A stretch of 64,000 nt of DNA from Schizochytrium sp. TIO01 (lineage: Eukaryota; Protista; Bigyra: Labyrinthulomycetes), in NCBI GenBank assembly GCA_004764695.1, contig SMSO01000025.1, forward strand, positions 4,070,862-4,134,861, written 5' to 3'. The position numbers and the translations under genes were made by a program. Every line of letters starts with the position of its first letter. Position 1 is the first letter of the stretch. Shown here piece after piece: positions 59,243 through 64,000 of this stretch. The notes below the pieces were generated by a model. It did not search any database and had not been told where the DNA came from. It saw only the letters and a list, made by a program, of their open reading frames with translations.

Positions 59243-59638
59243 CGCGCCACAGGAGGGACCAGAGGCCGCTTAGGTACAATTAAAAGCTGCTAGGGCGTTG
59301 AAGTGCCTCAGTAGGCCCGAAGAGACCGTGAGAGCGGCGCTCGCTTGGCCTCAGTACCTGCCTGCTTTGCTCCGCTGGGCCTCGATTTCGTCTGATATTT
59401 TATCTGATGATTAATGACGATTCGCAGTTCGACTAAACCGAGCGGATGGATCTCCAGAGGGTAGCGGGGTCGGCCGCGGCGTCGACCAGGAGGATCGGTG
59501 CGGTACGAGGTGCGGCTCCCGTTCTCCCGCAATATCCTGTCCAGGTTGTCGAGCGCTCACTCGCTCGCTCGCTCGCCGCCGGCGGAACGTGCGATCGATT
59601 GGGTGTTTGAATAGTCATGTCATACGCTACAAAACGAA

Positions 59639-59746
<108 letters not shown>

Positions 59747-60136
59747 ATTCTTTCAATCATATATCTCGAAAAGAAGAGGAACCTTTCTCCATATTACAAC
59801 TACTGCCGAGGATTCCTCCCTCTTTCTTTTACATCACATATATTTGTTCTTTTGTTTACAACAACTAAGTAAAAGTGGACCCCAACAAATGTTCTATATA
59901 CATACATAGATATATACAGACAGATACATATGTTTTTACTTGTTTACTTTGTATTTCTATTTAATGGTTGAATGAATGAATGAATGAACGAGATGAAAGT
60001 AGAGTGAATTCGCAGGAAAGGCCGTCATTCTCCGCTTTGGCGCAGCGTGGCCCAATCAAAGCTGCTCCAAAGCCCTTCGGTATCCACTCCATCCATGTGT
60101 GCGTTCCCGTGCTCTCCATTGCGCTTCCACGGCGAC

Positions 60137-60191
<55 letters not shown>

Positions 60192-60252
60192 TCCTTTTTT
60201 GGGCCCTCACTCAGTTAGTTATCCATCCCAAAGTTGTTATTAGAAAGCCGCA

Positions 60253-60286
<34 letters not shown>

Positions 60287-60447
60287 CACGCTATTATCGC
60301 TCTATGATTCAAACAGAGCGGGTTACTCCCTCCTTTCTTTTGTTTTCTTTTGTTTTCATTTGTTTTCTTTTGCTTTCTTTTGTTTTCTTTTGTTTTCTTT
60401 TGCTTTCTTTTGTTTTCTTTTGTTTTCTTTTGCTTTCTTTTGTTTTG
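60137..60447. repeat. Cluster of (CTTT)14, (AAAG)8 and (TTTTG/TTTTC)n repeats
   Basis: Directly visible. Confidence 0.9.
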
Positions 60448-60845
60448 ATTTATTCCTCTTCAGTTGTGGAAATGGCTCAATTCTCCTAAACCGCGAGGGA
60501 GGAAAGCGCCCCTTCCCTGAACCATTCGACTGCGGCCGATGGCTCTGTGGCTCTGTGGCTCTGTCGCTTATCCTCTACCTCCTCTTCCGTCGCCTCCTTC
60601 GCGTCTCTGCCTGAGGCCTCGCTTTTCTCCATTTCACCATCGACGCTTTCTGCTTTCCCTCCCTTTCTGTTCCAGTTTTTACCGCCATTCTCTACCAGTC
60701 CCTATGCTCCTGCTAGTGAGGAGCCCTTTTCGTTCTTTTCCCTTCTCTTAACAGCTGGTATGTACTTCTACTCCTCTGGCCGTCATAAATTCTTCATCAT
60801 GCCACAAAAGAGAACACTTACCTGAATGGTCTTTTTCGTCGAGTC

Positions 60846-61048
60846 AATGAATGATTGAATGAATGAATGATTGAATGAATGATTGAATGATTGATTGATT
60901 GATTGATTGAATGAATGATTGAATGAATGATTGAATGATTGATTGAATGAATGAATGATTGAATGAATGATTGAATGAATGATTGATTGATTGATTGAAT
61001 GAATGATTGAATGAATGATTGAATGAATGATTGAATGAATGAATGAAT
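60846..61048. repeat. Compound (GAAT)/(GATT) microsatellite
   Basis: About 200 bp of mixed GAAT/GATT tetramers. Confidence 0.95.
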
Positions 61049-61908
61049 ATGAGTGCATATCTACGTCTCCTAATGCTTCTCGCAGAGGCGGTCGGTTCCT
61101 GGCAATGGGATTATTCGCCTTTTTTCCATTATCATTTTACTCGCCGATTTGTTTATTTATTCACTGCACACTCACTCATTATCCCCAAAAGAAAGGAACA
61201 AGAAAAGAAAGAAGAGAGTAAATACTTCTTTCTTTTCAATTTTATTATTATTTAAAATTAACTTTTAAAAATTAATTTATTTTTTAAAACAACAGCAACG
61301 ACAAATAAATAAAGAACAAATATCGCGACACTAATTAATTAATAGATACTGCTAATATGAAAGAACTCAGGGTTCTTCGCATCCTCACAGAACAAGAGAG
61401 AGGAATCCCACTGAAAGGCACCTTAATAGAGGGTCCTCAAGCAGCAACTCTCCGCAGCAGTTAAGGTGGATGTGGAGGGGCCTTACTTATCTCTATTCGA
61501 AATCACGAATGAATGAATGAATGAATGAATTGCGAGAGCCAAAGCAAAGCGAAATCGAGCGGACGAAGGCGACCGCAGAGAGAGGCACGGCGGAAGGCGG
61601 GCGGAGGCACAGGCACATGCATATCTCTCCGTGGAGAGAGGCCCAGCGCCTGGAGAGACAGGGCGCAGGCCTTGAGAAACACAGACAGGGCGCGGCTTGA
61701 AGCCCATGAAGAAAGTACAAATAAGAGAGGATTTTCTTTTCTCTTTCTTTCTCTCTTTCTCTCTTTCTCTCTTTCTTTGGTTTGTCCTCCTTTTACATCG
61801 TTTTGAGTTGTTTGTAATGGTTTTTATAAAGTACGAAGGGAGAAGAATTACCAGGATAGCAAATGCCACGTTTGGTGAATGATGCGATGAAAATAGCGAC
61901 GGGAATGG

Positions 61909-63759
61909 TTGTTGCTTCCCAGGATAATTGCGATTGAGATACACCAACGGATGACCTGTGAGGAGGCCGCTCAAGTGGGGCGCGGGTCTTCCCCACCAGC
62001 TGGCATAACAGAAACACATGATGAAAGTGCTATTAGAGATAACTCATGGTTTGAGAGCGGTCCATCGGGTTGGGAACCCCAGCCGATGCGTCTCAAGCAG
62101 CCACAGAAAATCAATCCATATCATCTATGTATATATACCTTCGGGCCTGCTGGGGTTTGGCTTCCCGCTGACCCTGAGTTTGAGGATCGATGTTCAATTA
62201 AAGCATTCCTTCCTAGCTTGAAGATGGATTAATACACTGTTGAGGTGCGCTTCAAGTGCACGAGCGGGGAGGCAGCAGTCTTTGTCGACGTGGCGTCCCA
62301 GTTGGGGTGGTACCAAAGTATCTTATCTCGTGAGCTGCACCGAACGTGAAACGCAAGCACTTCCAGGGATACATCGTGAGGATAACTTTGATGTAAAGCG
62401 AATTTGCAAACAAACGGGGAGACTGTGCCAAGCACATCGACGCGCTGTCAATGGATACGGGCCAGTGACTGTAAGCGCTTGATTCTTAAGAGGAAAAGGC
62501 ACCTCCCCTCCTGCTACAGAATTTTCTACAGGATCACTATGAGATCCAGTCAGCAACTAGCTGGGGACTCCTCCTACCTTGGCTTGGATGCGGCCTTTTT
62601 CATCAAGATTGATTTTGGCCATCAGAAGAATATCCAGTATGCGATGAAGTTACCTTTCTCAACATGTGGGACCCCCCCCCCCAAAAAAAAGAGAAAAAGG
62701 TTTCTCCATGTACTTGCTGAGATCTCTAATCGAGAATGACTAGTGGAGAAGATATTGCCAGAGTTATAGTTGCTCCATCGTAAGGGTTCAAGAGAAGAGC
62801 TAACTCTAACTCACCAATTTTGCTCAGCACAGATCAAGTATGCCTTAGCCTTCTAATTACAACATGGATCATTGTGACTTGGAATATCGATCCAAGATAT
62901 TCAGATCCCTAACTCTTTAACCTAATGTTCATCAAGTCTTTCTAACCCTTCGTCAAGCTCCCTGCCCTATCTTCATAGTCAACCTCTATCCGACCAGATT
63001 CGCCTTTCAGCAGTACATAAGAGATGCCACTGGTCTTTTGATTGAACTAGGTGTCATCTGAACAAATGAAGAAGCAGCTCATGTCATTATTAACGTAAAA
63101 CTCAAGCACAGCCTTGATCAAAAACCGACAAATCGATCCACTCGTCTTGCATGATTTTTTTTATTTTTTTTTGTAAGGTGCAGGCCTAGTGAGATAGGCG
63201 GTCCAGTGAGCACCACCAGTCTGACAATGCTAGAAGCTCTTCAAAGGCTTGTGAAGAATTTGTTGGGGCGCTCTGTTCTGGCGTAGGCTGGGAAGAGTGT
63301 TGTGATCTCTACAAAGTTCATTGATGCTCAGGCAAGTGAAACAGACCTGCAGAAAGCCTTCGACCTTTCGTATTTATTTTGCAGAGGTTTGGTTTATAGA
63401 GCTGGAAATCCAAGTTTTCACCTGTATTGCCTCCCAACCCCAAAAGAGAACACTTCGCTGCTAGGCTGTTCAAAGCGAACACCCTGAGGACTTACACGCT
63501 GTGGCAAAGAAAAGTAGCTGATGTATTTGACCAAGACATCTCTTCGCACCTGTATAATGGAGCCTGTCTTATGGCCGCAGTTCCGAACTCTGTGCCCATT
63601 TTGTATTCTGGGACTCAGCTGATGTGGCTTTTGTTAACGAGAAGACTGTTTGAGAGCGCTGTTTTAACTTGTGTCATTTTCACAGCTGGAACTAAAAGTT
63701 TTGCTCATTCATTGCATCGTGCGGCTATGACATTGCCGTGTCATAGTTTTTTTGTTTAA
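61909..63759 (+). pseudogene. Possible decayed gene
   Basis: Chain of co-oriented short + ORFs (61909, 62240, 62404, 63302, 63427) in GC-balanced, non-repetitive sequence, broken by single stops and frame changes. No family recognised. Confidence 0.3.
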
Positions 63760-64000
63760 GACTCGAAGCTATATTCTGCGAATGCCGTACTTGGAGAGCG
63801 CTTATGTGGGTCTGATTGCATCTAACTCGATAGCTCCTCAGTTTTTTAGTCGAGTATCGCTGTTTCTAATACATATTTCTTAATTTAATTATTTTAATTA
63901 AAAAAACAAACAAAACAAAACAAAAAACGTTTTTGTTTTGATTTTTTTAAATAAATTCAAAACCTTTCTAAAAAGTTATTTTATTTATTTTTAATGTAAA

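Overview
Eukaryotic nuclear DNA. The genes are long and appear intronless, and the spacers are long and rich in microsatellites. The style suggests a protist, plausibly a labyrinthulomycete/thraustochytrid-like stramenopile (inference only). From left to right: a 4 x 256-bp tandem repeat; three minus-strand tRNA genes (Gln-CTG, Leu-AAG, Lys-CTT); a secreted trypsin with a Cys-rich tail; a DUF389/TIGR00341-type membrane protein; an EH-PX-BAR sorting nexin; an ankyrin-repeat/polycystin (PKD2-like) channel; a fibro-slime(PA14)/L-lectin/filamin-Ig type I membrane protein; an NADH-type glutamate synthase; a large multidomain ankyrin-tailed hypothetical; a 4-RRM protein; a low-complexity His-rich hypothetical; and a probable decayed gene at the right end. 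The most striking observation is the glutamate synthase. It looks like the normally fused eukaryotic enzyme but is encoded as two co-oriented genes 7.4 kb apart. The alpha chain ends in DIEDL-stop and the beta chain starts MS-DIEDL, and the two motif copies differ only at synonymous sites. This suggests gene fission with selected duplication of a linker motif, possibly an Fe-S delivery signal.
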